Assembly (NCBI RefSeq): GCF_006345805.1
Contig: NC_043016.1
Coordinates: 12,152,001-12,216,000, forward strand
Source of the DNA: Octopus sinensis
Lineage: Eukaryota
Direction: 5' to 3'
Length of the DNA stretch: 64,000 nt
Positions 36,933-50,376 of this stretch are shown one piece after another. Under the pieces are notes generated by a model. It saw nothing but the letters and a program-made list of their open reading frames with translations, made no database searches and was not told where the DNA came from. The translations under genes were made by a program, and so were the position numbers. Every line of letters starts with the position of its first letter. The first letter of the stretch is position 1.

Positions 36933-39712
36933 GTAAATACTTTATTTAGAACTTTAAAATATACATCTTCTGAAGTTTAATCATATTTAATGAATCAGAT
37001 CTGTTGCATTCGTGTACTTTGTCAGTGTTCATCCTTCACATCTTAGGAAAGAGTGTTGACCTGATTGCTCAACTTGCTAGAAAAATAGCCAAACCTCCCT
37101 CAGATCCAACCCTACAGTTGTAAAATACAGGGTACAAAGAATTATGTGGGATAAAACATGCTGTCTGAAGGCCTCAAAGCCTAAACCAATCATATGATTT
37201 AGGATTTTAGGGTTTGTTCCCACTGCAAGACCCTGAAGGATGAAGTTTTTTACTATGATCATGGGCTGACCGAGACTTTGTGAATGAATTGGTAAGAAAC
37301 TGTAAGAAGCTTGTCATTAAACAGATTCCAAAGAAGCAAGTGTTGATGCATGTCAGCAAAACTTTTATGTAGTAAAATTGATAAAAAGAGTACAATGAAC
37401 TTGCCATGAGGAGTGGAATAATCCAAAGTTTCAGACGGATTCCTTCTGGGTGACAAGTTGAAAGGAGAGAAATTAACGAGAGACACAGTAGAGTTTTACA
37501 TCCTCTACTGTTAATTGCACGTAGAATATTGGGTTTAAAAGAACCTTGGATACAAAAAAGTTGAAGGGCAGCCTTCAACCTTTTTTCCCATCTGAAGGTT
37601 TTTAAGCCAATATCCTACATGTTGTTATTTATAGCTTTATCTATTTCGAATTCCATCATAAAAAAATAATTTACTTTATATTTCTCAAAGTTTCTAAAAT
37701 CATACAATATGTGTTGTGTGCACAGACAGATATTTATAATTTACACAGAATTTTATTGTGGTTCATTAACTGCAGTACTCTTACAATAGAGATCAGAAGT
37801 TTTGGTTATGGTAAACCAAAAAGAAACCACTCTTAACATAGTTCTCAGGGAGATTCAGCTGGACACAGAATGTGACAAGGCCAGTCCCTTTGAATTACAG
37901 GTACAACTTGTTTTTACCCACCTGAGTGGACTGGAGCAACGTGAAATAAAGTGTCTTGCTCAAGGACATAATGAACTGCTGGATATCAAACCCATGACCT
38001 TATGATAATGAGCCAGATACCCCTGGCACCCCATCAGTTGTGACAACAAACGCTCCAGTTGATCCAATCAACAGAATAGCCTGCTCGTGAAATTGATGTG
38101 CAAGTGACTGAGTACTCCACAGACATGTATACCCTTAATATGTCCTTTAACTAAAGGACATAAGCAAGTCTATGATCAAAAGCATTCCGGCTGTAACCAT
38201 CTTACTTTTTCAGTCGAGCAGTGTGTTCAAGATTCTATACATCTAGGGGTCCTTTTTAAATTTTTCCAAGCTTGTACTGTGTAATATAAGACAAATTTGG
38301 TTATTTCTAACAATTCAAAGGACCTAGAGTGAAGGTGAGGAACCTTTTTTACTACCAGGAATAAACTAAAAATGCGTGTAGGGACTGGGTATATGTATGA
38401 GAAAAATGATAAATTTGTAATTTTACAAATTCAACGGTGTATAACTGTATATTAGTTTAGGAATTTTTAGAGATGAATCAACAAGTTTTTTCAAATTTAA
38501 CTCTTTAGAATTTAAACTGTTCATGTTCAGCCTAAGCCAGATCAAGCCTCTCATTCTTACCTTTACAATGACATTCTAAAAATAAACAATTACATCATTG
38601 AAATCTCAAAGCTGTGAGATAATGCATTCTAAATTCCAAATAATCATCATCATCATCATCATTTAACGTCCGTTTTCCGCGCTAGCATGGGTTGGACGGT
38701 TCAACCGGGGTCTGGGAAGCCAGGAGGCTGCACCAGGCACCAGTCTGATCTGGCAGTGTTTCTACAGCTGGATGCCCTTCCTAACGCCAACCACTCGGTG
38801 AGTGTAGTGGGTGCTTTTTACGTGCCACCGACACAGGTGCCAGGGGGGTCTGGCATCGGCCACAATCAGTTGGTGCTTTTAACGTGCCACCGGCACGGAA
38901 GCCAGCCAAGGCGGCGCTGGCATCGGCCAATGTGGATAAATAAACATTATATTTGATAGAAAAATCTGAATGTCAAAGGGTTAAAATGGTCATATCTAGC
39001 CAAAATATTCTACCTTGTTTTATGTTCAGGGTAGCCAGATCCAGCCTCTTGCTCTGGTCATATCTAGCCACAATATTCTCCTTGTTTTATGGTAAAAACT
39101 GGCCAGATCTGGCTCCTCACACCTACCTTACAATGTCATTCTAAAGCTAGACAATCACACCATTGAAATCTCAAAGCTATGAGACAATGCATGATTAATT
39201 CAGAAAATTGTGAATAAATGAATATTTGACTGAACAATCTGAATGTTGTGAAGGGTTAAGATACAGATGAGGAGTACCATACCTCTGACAGAGCTTTCTT
39301 ACAATCTGCTTAACTTTCTCATCTTTTCCATGACTATACTTCTAAGAAGCAAACTACCTGTTGTATGTGCTTCCATTGAATTTTGATGCAGTGAAGCTAA
39401 TTCTAGGGCTTTTGTAGACTATCTGTAACTTTACTTATTCTTATATATTATGTCAATGTTGACCAACTGAAATTTTACATCATGTGTGTTGTAATGAGAT
39501 TCAATTTAAATACAAACACCTCTGTCCAGTTAGTATTGAAGGGATTAAAATAGATGCAGGAGTGGCTGTGTGGTAAGTAGCTTGCTTACCAACCACATGG
39601 TTCTGGCTTCAGTACCACTGTGTGGCATCTTGGGCAAGTGTCTTCTACTACAGCTTCGGGCCGACCAAAGCCTTGTGAGTGGATTTGGTAGACAGAAACT
39701 GAAAGAAGACTG

Positions 39713-39751
<39 letters not shown>

Positions 39752-40798
39752 TAAATAGATAGGTTTATGAGACAGAATCACCCTCAAGCAACGCAATCAT
39801 CATTGAGTGACATTATCCACCATATGTACATATAGGACTAAATATTAAAATTATCAAAATTAACACCTATAATTCTTATTCCAAATTATTAAAATTAATA
39901 CCTTCAATTTTTATTACAAATCATATACTTTACATTATCTAGACTACGCGCGTTTCATGACAACATATTCCTCAATATTGCTGAAATAGAATGTCTCTAT
40001 ACATTACCATATTAAAATGGTTATATTGCCAATCTTCAGGTCTATCTTAGATGAACTTATTTTGCTATTTACATCGTATATTAAGACATGACACACTAAA
40101 ATTATATAACTAGAAGTTGTTGGAATAAAAGTAGGAAAAAGAAATGTTAGTAAAATGAAATGTTAACTTATCTGTATGGTAATTTTCTCTCCATGAATTA
40201 AACATGGCTACCATCAGTTGTATAATCCAACATTGAGAGCTACTTTGTAGGGGAGAAGAGTTTTAGTTGAACAAATCAATCCCAGTATATCTTTTATCTT
40301 TTACTTGTTACACTCAATGGACTGTGGCCATGCTGGGGCACAGCTGTGAAAGGGTTTGGTCAGAGAGATTGACTCCAGTACTTATGTCTTTCTTGTTTGT
40401 TTTTTTCTCACGTTTGGTACTTTTTCTACCAGTTTCTTCTGTCAAACTGCTATCTTATGGGGATGTAAATGAACCAACACTGGTTGTCAAGTGGTGTTTG
40501 GTGGGGTACAAACACAAAGACACACACGCACAGGCTTCTTTCAGTTTCCATCTACCAAATTCACTCACAAGGTATTGGTTGGCAGTAGATGACACCTACC
40601 CAAGGTGCTGTACAGTGGGATTGAACCTGAAACCATGTGGTTGCAAAGTGAGCTTCACAATTCCACACCACATCTTCATTAGTCATAGGAACAAGCACTT
40701 GACACTTATTTAACGACTGCTTTGGTGATTGATTATTTTATAAGCTCTACAACTGAAATCTTAATAATTTTCTATGGAATTTAAATATTCTTTTTCAG

Positions 40799-40943
40799 AG
40801 TTGGTTGTGGCGTCATTGCTCGATCTGCTGGACTATTTCAGAATGTCAAAAAGATTTGTGCTTGTGATGGAGTTAATGTTTGGAATGAGAAAGTGAAACC
40901 AGGCAACACTGCTGAGAATGAATTGCCGAATGCTAAAATTTAG
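40799..40943 (+). CDS. CCS: CCS exon 7 ([R]VGCGVIARSAGLFQNVKKICACDGVNVWNEKVKPGNTAENELPNAKI*; domain 3 CxC)
   Basis: tttcag| acceptor; 145 nt to TAG. ARSAGLFQNxKxICxCDG is the CCS signature. Exons sum to 756 nt, i.e. 251 aa plus stop. Confidence 0.97.
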
Positions 40944-41393
40944 AAAAATATATTGCAACGGTTTGGGTTTTGTTGAAATTAATTTTTCTACAGAACTATT
41001 AAAAGTTCAATGTCAGTTGAATTTTGAAAATATATATTATAACCATTCATGAGTTTTTTTTCTTCTTTACTTATGAGCCCAGTATTACAGAAATCCATTA
41101 ATTAGCATTAATGAAAAAAAAAATCAACAAATTGCCATTAAAGATTGTGAATAATTTAATTTTAAACAAATCAGTCGATTATGTTTAAAAATGTTGATTT
41201 AAGCTAAACACTGGGTTTTCATTATTTTTTTCCCTCTGCCTTGATTTCTTGAAAAATTTTGTAATATTTGATGTATTATAGCTATTTCATTTTTATTTTA
41301 TTATTATTATTATTTTTTAAATTTTTGTCTTTGCTTTCATTAGAAGAAAATTTGATTTTTTTTAACATTCCAGAAATTTCTTCTGACTTTTGA

Positions 41394-41456
41394 AATAAAT
41401 ATATTTTTTCAAAGATTAAAGCTTTATTGTGATAAATCTAATTTCTATGGAATAAA
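41394..41456 (+). terminator. Candidate CCS polyadenylation signals (AATAAA at 41394 and 41451)
   Basis: Two hexamers about 450-510 nt after the stop, just before the repeat-free AT-rich UTR gives way to repeats. AT-rich DNA makes chance hits likely. Confidence 0.45.
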
Positions 41457-41560
41457 ATTGTTATAGTCATGGATTTCTTACTTGTAGTTTATACTGGAGT
41501 AAAAGATTGTGACAGATTGTTTTCTTAAGAATTTTATGTCATTATGGATATCATCATCAT

Positions 41561-41990
41561 TTAACCCCTTGACGCCGGTATTACCTGAAGCATGCGAGAC
41601 ACTGCTCCAGTTTTTTCTTATCTAATGAGGCTACACAAACACACAAGTGCCAACAAGATAGCGTCTATTTACGTTCACCATTACAATAACAAAGTGTCGT
41701 ACATATACGTCTACTGGTTTTTAAAAAATCAAACTCTGTGAAGCTATTTATCATAATATGATATGCACAAGTTATTCTGCTCAAGTTAAAAAAATAACTT
41801 GCATTGTACAACTCAAAACATGGTATTATCCATGTAAAGTATCCGCATGTCATTGGTCTACTGCTAGTCTCATGACTTGAACGTAACCGAAAATAGCTAA
41901 GATAATGCACGGGATGGCGAGCGTGCGCACCTAATGAGATAAAGTACACAATAGCGAACGTAAACATACTTTAGTCACTAAAAAGTCCGT
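41561..41990 (-). mobile_element. Possible piggyBac-like transposon end
   Basis: TTAA|CCCC terminus. Minus-strand translation RRICTTLCYCNGERK*TLSCWHLCVC resembles a piggyBac C-terminal Cys-rich domain. Confidence 0.4.
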
Positions 41991-42550
41991 GATAGATGTA
42001 GGGTAGAGGTAGACCCAGGAAGACATGGGATGAGGGGTCAAGCATGACCTTTGAACGTTGGACCTCACAGAGGCAATGACGAACGGCCGAGACTTCTGGA
42101 GATATGCTGTAACTGCGAAGACCCAACAAATAATGTGAGTTCATGGCTCGCTGGATGACCTGCTGTGCCTACCTTGGATTATAGGGTGACCTACTGTGCT
42201 TGATGAGACCTATTGAGTCAAGTACATCAATATCAAATGGAAATTGTAGTAGTGATACCCGTGCCAGTGGCATGTAAAAAACACATCCGACCGTGGCCAA
42301 TGCCAGCAGTGCTTTGACTGGTGTCCGTGCCGGTGGCACCTAAAAAGCACCAGCCAGTCATGGACGTTGCCAGCCTCCTCTGGCCCCTGTGCTGGTGGCA
42401 CATAAAAAGCACCCACTACACTCATGGAGTGGTTGGTGTTAGGAAGGGCATCCAGCGGTAGAAACACTGCCAGATCAGACTGGAGCCTGGTGCAGCCTCC
42501 TGACTTCTCAGACCCCAGTTGAACCATCCAACCCATGCTAGCTGATGATG

Positions 42551-42552
<2 letters not shown>
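41990..42552 (+). mobile_element. RTE LINE extreme 3' end plus UTR and tail
   Basis: GRGRPRKTWDEGVKHDL-like translation followed by the family tail ending in GATGATGAT. Confidence 0.8.
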
Positions 42553-42589
<37 letters not shown>

Positions 42590-42592
42590 TTT

Positions 42593-43455
42593 ATCCCCAA
42601 AATAATGTGGGTTTTTTAATTGCATGAACGAAAAGTCAGAGGGGGATGGGATAAACTACCTGCATCAACTTGCTATAAAAGCAGGAAGTAATTTTACCTT
42701 GTACTTATTCTTAGTGCAAGTTTTGAAGAGTGCAGTTTGAGTTTAACGGTTATTTTTTCAAAGCTATAATGGAAGTGACAAAGGAGCGTATTTTGTTTTG
42801 AGTTTAATAAAGGTAACAAAGCAACAGAATATTAGTGCAGTATATGGGGATTGGATAATAAATGTAAGCCAATGTCAACAATGGTTCCAGAAACTACAGC
42901 CTAGAAGATAAGCCTTGTCCTGGAAGATTTTAGAGCTCAACAAGGACATCCTGCAAACCCTGGTAGAACAAAATCCCATCATAACTGTTGAGAAACTAGC
43001 AGAGATGCTTGGATTTGGTCATTCAACCATTCATCACTAGAAGAAAAACGACCATCTTTGGTTTCAAAACAAAAGATATTCTTCCATCAAGATAATGCTT
43101 GGAACATACAGTGAAGATGACATTCCAAAAGCTGGAGCAGTTTGAATGGGAAACGATGCCCCACTCACCATATTTGCAGGACATTACCCCATCTGATTAT
43201 CACTTATTCCACAGTCTTCAAATCATTTGGATGGGAAAAATATGAATTCCGTAGACGAGCTCAGAACAATACTGGAGGAGTATTTTTCATCAAAGACAAA
43301 TGAATTTTGGAAGAGGAGCCTTGCAAGTCTACCAAATAGATGGAAGAACATTGTAGAAAATGGAGGGAGTATGTTTTAGATTAAAAAAGAAATTTGTTTA
43401 TCTTAATTTTGAAAAATAAGTATGAAAAAACTGCATTATTTATGGGATGGCCCAA
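42593..43455 (+). mobile_element. Internally deleted mariner (DD34D) remnant
   Basis: LHQDNA and PHSPYLQDITPSDYHLF motifs. Right TIR GCATTATTTATGGGATGGCCCAA|TA; degenerate left TIR near 42593. Confidence 0.8.
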
Positions 43456-43951
43456 TATATATATATATATATATGTGTGTGTGTTCCGATTAAATTTGAC
43501 AGCTGGCATAAAAGGAAAAGAAAACACACTATCCCACAAAAAAATACACATTCCAACAGATTCAAGTGGTCAATATACTAATTGTTGTTGTATAGTCTCA
43601 GGAGAACAACTTCTCCTTTATGATGAATATGCGTTCATAACACTCCTGATTCGTTAGTACAAGAGATTCCGTGATAGCCAATGTTTTCACATCATTAGCT
43701 AGAATCACCTTCTGACCTTAGAATCTAACAAGAGCTGATGGGTTTTGTTTAGAACTTCAGCAAACAAAACCATTTACTAATTTACACTGTTTCTGCCACA
43801 CATATCCCTGAATCATGTACTTGGTATTAGTTGCTTTAACTATTATGGGTTGTAAGCCTTAAGATCTATTGAAATAAATAAGAAAAAAATCATCTACAAT
43901 AATAAATGTGAAAGTGAATGTGTCACACTTTTTCAACTTTACTCCTCCGAC

Positions 43952-44082
43952 CCCCTTCTCTCACTATTCAATGATACTTCTACTATTCCCCATGCTTTAC
44001 CCCTCTCTCACTATTCAATGACACTTCTACTATTCCCCATGCTTTACCCCTCTCTCACTATTCAATGACACTTCTACTATTC
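43952..44082. repeat. 47-bp tandem repeat, about 2.7 copies
   Basis: CCCTCTCTCACTATTCAATGACACTTCTACTATTCCCCATGCTTTAC recurs at 44001 and 44048. Confidence 0.9.
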
Positions 44083-45030
44083 TTCATTTTTGTTTTTTTT
44101 TTCTTCTTAATCTTAACATTTTGGAAAAAATATTTCTCTAACTATTTCCATAAGTAATTTCCAAAATAAACATTTTGAAAAAATCTTTCTCTAAATATTA
44201 TAAACTGTATCAAGTAATTTAACCATAACATGTGCTTCATAATGTTTGGAACTGGAATATGTATTGAGCTCATTCTCTCATACAATATTACTTCTCATAA
44301 CTCTCTACCATAAAAATGTTGGAAACTTAGTATTTTATCAGATATTAATAAAATTTGTCAGACCTATTTTCATGCCATCAGAGCTATAAAAACTTAGCAC
44401 ACTTCGACTGCATGAAAATAGATTCAACTAATTTTATTATTATCTTAAAAAATACTAAATTTCAAACATCTTTATGGTCAAATGCGTTTAGAGTAATTTC
44501 CGAACCGTAAAAATCACACTTTAAAATAGTGTTTAGCGACAGCGGTGTAATTTTCCATTAAACTATGAACAGGAGTTTAGATACATACCAGCTACTACAA
44601 ATGATTGTTTGTACGAAAAGTAAGGCCCTGCGTACATCAAATTGTCTTTAAATTAAGTGGTGGCAGAAGAATTATCGTTGAACTTTTAGAAGGTAAGTTT
44701 ATTGTTGCCTACGGTCAGTTATATGTTGGTTGTTCAAGGGTAGAGAACGGAAACAAGCTACTTGTACTGACCCTGAATGAGAAGACAAAAAATTTTGTTT
44801 ATCATGCAGTTTTGCAAATAAGTTCCAAGTCGACAAATTATATCATTGTTTTGATGAAAATTGTTCATTGCTTGAAAAATATTGGTCAAGTTTAATAAAA
44901 TTTAATGTGTACTCAATGCATGAAATGTCACTATTGGGCCCTAGGCCGACAGGAGCTAGCTTAAAAGCTAGTATTAAATATAGGGCAGTCACCAAAGATC
45001 TTCAACCTTGTCATTAGCATATTTCTGATT

Positions 45031-45660
45031 AAATACACTGGCTTTGTTTCAATTAATTTTGAAAATAAGGAAGAATTTAAGATAATTTTGTCATTATTAA
45101 GCCGGTGTTTGGAATACAAGTTGACATAAAATTTTGATGTAAGGTTTTAATTTAGATCACTTTAACCCTTTTGTTACCATATTCTTGTTGAAATACACTG
45201 GCTTTGTTCAATAAATTTTGAAAATAATGAAGAATTCAAAATAACTGTCTTAAGCTGATGTTTGGATCATAAATTAACACAAAATTTTGATGTAAGGTTT
45301 TAATTTAGATCACTTTAACCCTTTTGTTACCATATTTCTGTTGAGAGACACTGTTTTTTTGTTTCAATCAGTTTTGAAAATAAGGAAGAATTTAAGATAA
45401 TTTTGTCATTATTAAGCTTGTGTATAGAACATTGGTATTTAAATTAACATGAAATTTCAATGTAAGATTTTAATTGAAATAATTTTAATCCTTTTATTAT
45501 AATATCTCTTTTGAAATATACTTCCCTTGTTTCAATTAACTTTAGAAATAGTGAAAGATTTATTGAAATAACTTAGATATTATGGAGCTAGTATTTAGAA
45601 TATAAATTAACATGAAATTTTGACGAAGGTTTTTAATTTAGATGATTTTTAACCTTTAGC
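45031..45660. repeat. ~155-170-bp AT-rich tandem repeat, about 4 diverged copies
   Basis: Unit starts AAATACACTGGCTTTG at 45031 and 45191, with more diverged starts at about 45344 and 45514. Confidence 0.85.
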
Positions 45661-48600
45661 ATTCAAACTGTCCATATCCAGCCCAAATATTCTACTTGTT
45701 TTATGTTCAAACTGGCCAGATCTACCCTTTCACACCTCATTCTAAATATTAAGTCATTGAAATCCAAAAGCTATGAAATAATACATCATCATCGTCGTCT
45801 AACATCGGCTTTCCATGCTGGTATGGGTTGGACGATTTGACTGAGGACTGGTGAACCACAAGGCTGCACTAGACTCCAATCTGATCTGGCAGAGTTTCTA
45901 GACCTGGATGCCTTTCCTAATGCAAACCACTCTGAGAGTGTAGTGGGTGCTTTTATGTGCCACCAGCATGAGAGCCAGTCAGGAGGTACTGGCAACAGTC
46001 ACGCTCAAATGGTGCTTTTATGTTCCACCAGCATGAGGGCCAGTCAGGAGGTACTGGCAACAGTCACGCTCAAATGGTGCTTTTATGTGCCATCTGCACT
46101 GGCAACAACTTTGCTCAAATGTTTTTTCATGTGCCACAAGCACAAATGCCAGTAAGGCGACGCAGGTAACGATCACGCTCAAATGGTATTTTTTACATGA
46201 TTAATTGAAAATAATGAGAATAAATAAGCATTACATTTGACAAGAGTAATATCTGAATGCAGAAGAGTTAAACAGAAAGCTTGTATCTTATAAGCACGGG
46301 AAACCTAAAATGGTTAAAGAATCAATAATTGCAGTATTTCTTTTCATGAGGTCTTGATTTAGAGTTTTATCCATGTTATGTCTAAATACATAGCACTGAC
46401 ACTAAAAAAAGTTTGTCAACTTATTCAAATGTGTGCGATATATGTTACGCAGTGAGTTTTGCCCCCCCCCTCCAATTTCTTCATTTATCATTTTTTCCCC
46501 CCGTAACTCTAACCCTAAAACCTTAACACCTTAAAGCTAAAACTAGTATAAATGCACGAATGATGTCATAAATAACAGTGACAAATGAAAAATACACTGC
46601 CGATAGTTGTTGTTGACAAACAATGGCATTTATTCAGCTGAATACACGTCATTGATTGGCTGAAATTACTGAAATATGACAACTTTAACACGAAATAACT
46701 TTGAAAATATAAACTTTTCTTAAAAACGCTAAGAGTAAAAGATGTTTTATATGACACATTCTACCAGTGTTCAAAGTTTGAAAGTGTTTAGTTACAAAAA
46801 ATTAATTTCTTGATCTGCCGTTCCAGTAATGCATTTGTGTTCTTGTGAACAGGATCATTTTTAAGAGATAAATTTCTAATATGTTTTTGTAGATTTAAAT
46901 TGACCGTCCTGGAACACCCAGACCAATTGATTGGCCCAAGTGATACAAGCTGAAAGGACTTTGAGGCTGATAGATTGGCCCGATGGAACAAATGTTGCAA
47001 ATGGTTGGTTTTGAGGTGAAATAGCTGATCAGAAATCGTCTTTCAGTAGATGTATCTAAATAGAAAAAAAAAGTTTTGGTGTTTTTGGCTACACATACCA
47101 AAACACTGTGTCTCAAAAGGGTTGATTAAAGTTTCTTTTTGATTAAATTTAATAAAAAAAAAAAAATTATAAATAACTTTCCATGGAAGGAAGAAAAACA
47201 AACAACAGTTCTTTGTTATATATTTTTCAGTTTTTCTTCATTAAACTTCAAGTTAGTATACAAGGCTGACATGCTGATGATAAAATCATCTTCAAAATAA
47301 AATAATTATAACTACATCGGGAGAATGTAAGGATGTTAGACATTTGTCCACATATACCAAGTACAATACATTAGATGTCACAGGAAAAGAATTTAGCTAC
47401 TGTATCCTGTCTCGAGTAAACAATGGTTATAAAAGGTAAAAAAAATTGCTTTAGATTCAGCAGCGATATTGTTGTTTAAAATTCAGCAAAATATGAAATT
47501 TTAAGAAAACAAATGCAAACAAAACTAATATTTTAAAATTACTTCATTTCTCCATCTCAAATATTGCAGTTTTTCACTTAATAAGAAATTAATTTCAATT
47601 TCATTTTGCCAACTACATGAACAGTAGAAAGTGTTTTAAAATAAGTAGGATTTTTATCCATTTTATTAAGTAATCTTCATGACAGGTTTAAAAAATTTAT
47701 TTATGAACAAATAATAATCCTTTCTATTATAGGCAACAAGGCCTGAAATTTGAGGGGAGGCTGTTAGTCAATTATATGAACCCCAGTGTTTCACTGGTAC
47801 TCAATTTATTGACCTCAAAAGGATGAAAGGCAAAGTTGACCTCTGTAGCATTTGAAGTCAGAATGTAGCAACGGGCGAAATACTGCTAAGCATTTTGTCC
47901 AGCATGCAATGATTCTACCAGCTGGCCACCTTAATAATAATAATAATAATAATAATAAAAATAAAATTAACAAATAGAAGGAAATGTAATTTCAAACATG
48001 AAATAATACATTTTAAAAATTATATGGTGGTTGAGAGAGAAACTTAATTTTTTAAAGAATTATATTTTACATACCTACAACATGAAGGATTTAATTAAAA
48101 AAAATTTTAAAAAAGGGAGATGCTGCAGGTGTTTCCAAGAGAGAAAAGAGATGTTAACTGAGATTCCTAAAATATCCTGATATATGAAACTTAAATAATA
48201 AAATTGTCAATTGTTAACTCCTGAAAAATGTGTGTGTGTGTGTATATATTCTTTTACTTGTTTGTCACTTGACAGCAGAATGGTGGAGCAATGCACTGAA
48301 GGGTTTTAGTTGGAACAAATCAACCCCAGGACTTAGCTTTCAAGCTCGTACTTATTCTATGGGTCACTTTTGCTGAGCTGTTATGGGGACATGAACATAC
48401 TGACACTGGTTGTCAAGCAGTGATGTGGGGACAAACACAGACACAAATAGCTATATATATATATGACAGGCTTCTTTCAATTGCCTTCTACCAAATCCAC
48501 TTGCCCAAATTGCCACACAGTGGGACTGAACCCAGAACCATGAAGTTGGGAAGCTAGCTTCTTACCACACACACACATATATATATTTGTTAGTAGAAAT

Positions 48601-49879
48601 ATATATGTGAGAAAAGGTTGAGTTCTATTCCATCCTTTACTTTGGAGGGTTCCAAAGGTTGATTTCTAATAAAGATTCTTCATATTTCATTGGTAACTTA
48701 CAGTTGTAAGAATTTTGTTATGAGAATTTATAGAACACATATCCTATAGAAACTCAACATGGAGAAGAAAAGATGTTAAAAATTAGAAATTCTTAAAAAA
48801 TCCTGATATATAAAACTTCTCTTCCCCATCTTTAACAGTTTGTTGAGTTTCTATAGGATACTTGTTCTATAAATTCTCATGACACACACACACATATATA
48901 TATATATCACTTATACACATAGATATATAAACACACACACACATACAATATACATATCTGACCTGGGTATGATTTTAAACGGCATCTGATAGCAAGGGGT
49001 CCTATTTCAGAAGTTCCAGAGTTTTTAAGAGAGTGAAATCACTTCTTAGCCATTACTGGTCTCAGGTTTACTCTGACCTGGAGTAGAAACACATGTCAGG
49101 GTCCTGGCTATGGGTCAATTAGCACTTTATGGAAGAAACTTCAAGCACAAACCTCAATGTCTTGTGAGTACCTTGGGAAAGGAAATGACTAGTGGGAGTC
49201 AACCTTGAGAAGCAAATCAAAGAGTGGAGTCTTCGGGTAGTCTAGTGCTCTCTTTGACTCCCTTCTGGTGACACCAAAGTAGGTGGAGCTCTACAGTTCT
49301 GTAAAGTAATTCACCTTGAAGGCCACTCCAATATAAAAACCTACAGCTTGCTTGTCACAGCAGGGGTCTCAGCCTGCTGATCCATTGTGGTCAGATCTCC
49401 AAGTCTAGAGTTGGGGGTCAGATTGCAAGGACTGGCTCACACTTTAAAACTAGTGCAAAGCAGGAAAAAAAACTTGTAGGGTCAAGAAGTGGTTTACGTA
49501 GCCATTTGGGTGCATGCTGCTCTTCCTCATGAAAGCTGAACACAGAGAAACTGCCATTATTATCATCATTATCTACTTTAATATATCCATTTTCCATGCT
49601 GGTACCACATAAAAGTGCCCATGCAGTGTCACATAAAAGCATGTGTGCAGTGCTATGTAACAAGCACCCAGCATACTCCATAAAGTGGTTACTGTTAGGA
49701 AGGGCATCCAGCTGTAGAAACCGTACTGGATCAGGCTGGAGCCGAGTGCAACTCCCCAGCTTTGGTCAAACTGTCCAACACATGCCAGCATGGACAACGG
49801 ATGTTAAATGATGATGACATATATTTCACACATACACATTCTCTTTCTCTCTAGATATATATATATTTACATATATATA

Positions 49880-50376
49880 CCATATTTGATGGCCTATAAG
49901 ATGCACCTTTTTTTAACCCAAGAATGGCTTAAAAAATTCCCCTTCGTCCAATGCACTCAATATAGGCTCAAAACTCGTGATTGTTGGCCGAAATTATACA
50001 TCAGAGGTCGTGTAGATGTAGCCTAGCCTAACTCTCTAGGACATTGTAATAACCTATTTTTTCAAAAAAACATTTGTTTATTATTATTATTATTTATCAT
50101 CATCACAATTACTATTGCTAATATTATGATTATTACATATGATGCTATTATCACCTATGGTATGTATGTTCACAAAATGTGTGCTGCCATCTGTTGGTGA
50201 ACAATCGCCTACAGTATGTTTATATCGAATGTGGATTCAATAAATTGCTTATAATAAAGTTATTCAGGTAAGTGGAGGAATTAAAATATTATTTTAGTGG
50301 TAATTTATTTTACAAAAGTATAGCCTAGGCTAGGGTGTGCCCTATGCGCTTGTGTCTTGTAGGCCATCAAATACAG
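49880..50376. mobile_element. 497-bp Tc1/mariner-superfamily (Tc2/pogo-like) MITE
   Basis: TA|CCATATTTGATGGCCTATAAGA ... TCTTGTAGGCCATCAAATACAG|TA; no ORF. Confidence 0.75.
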
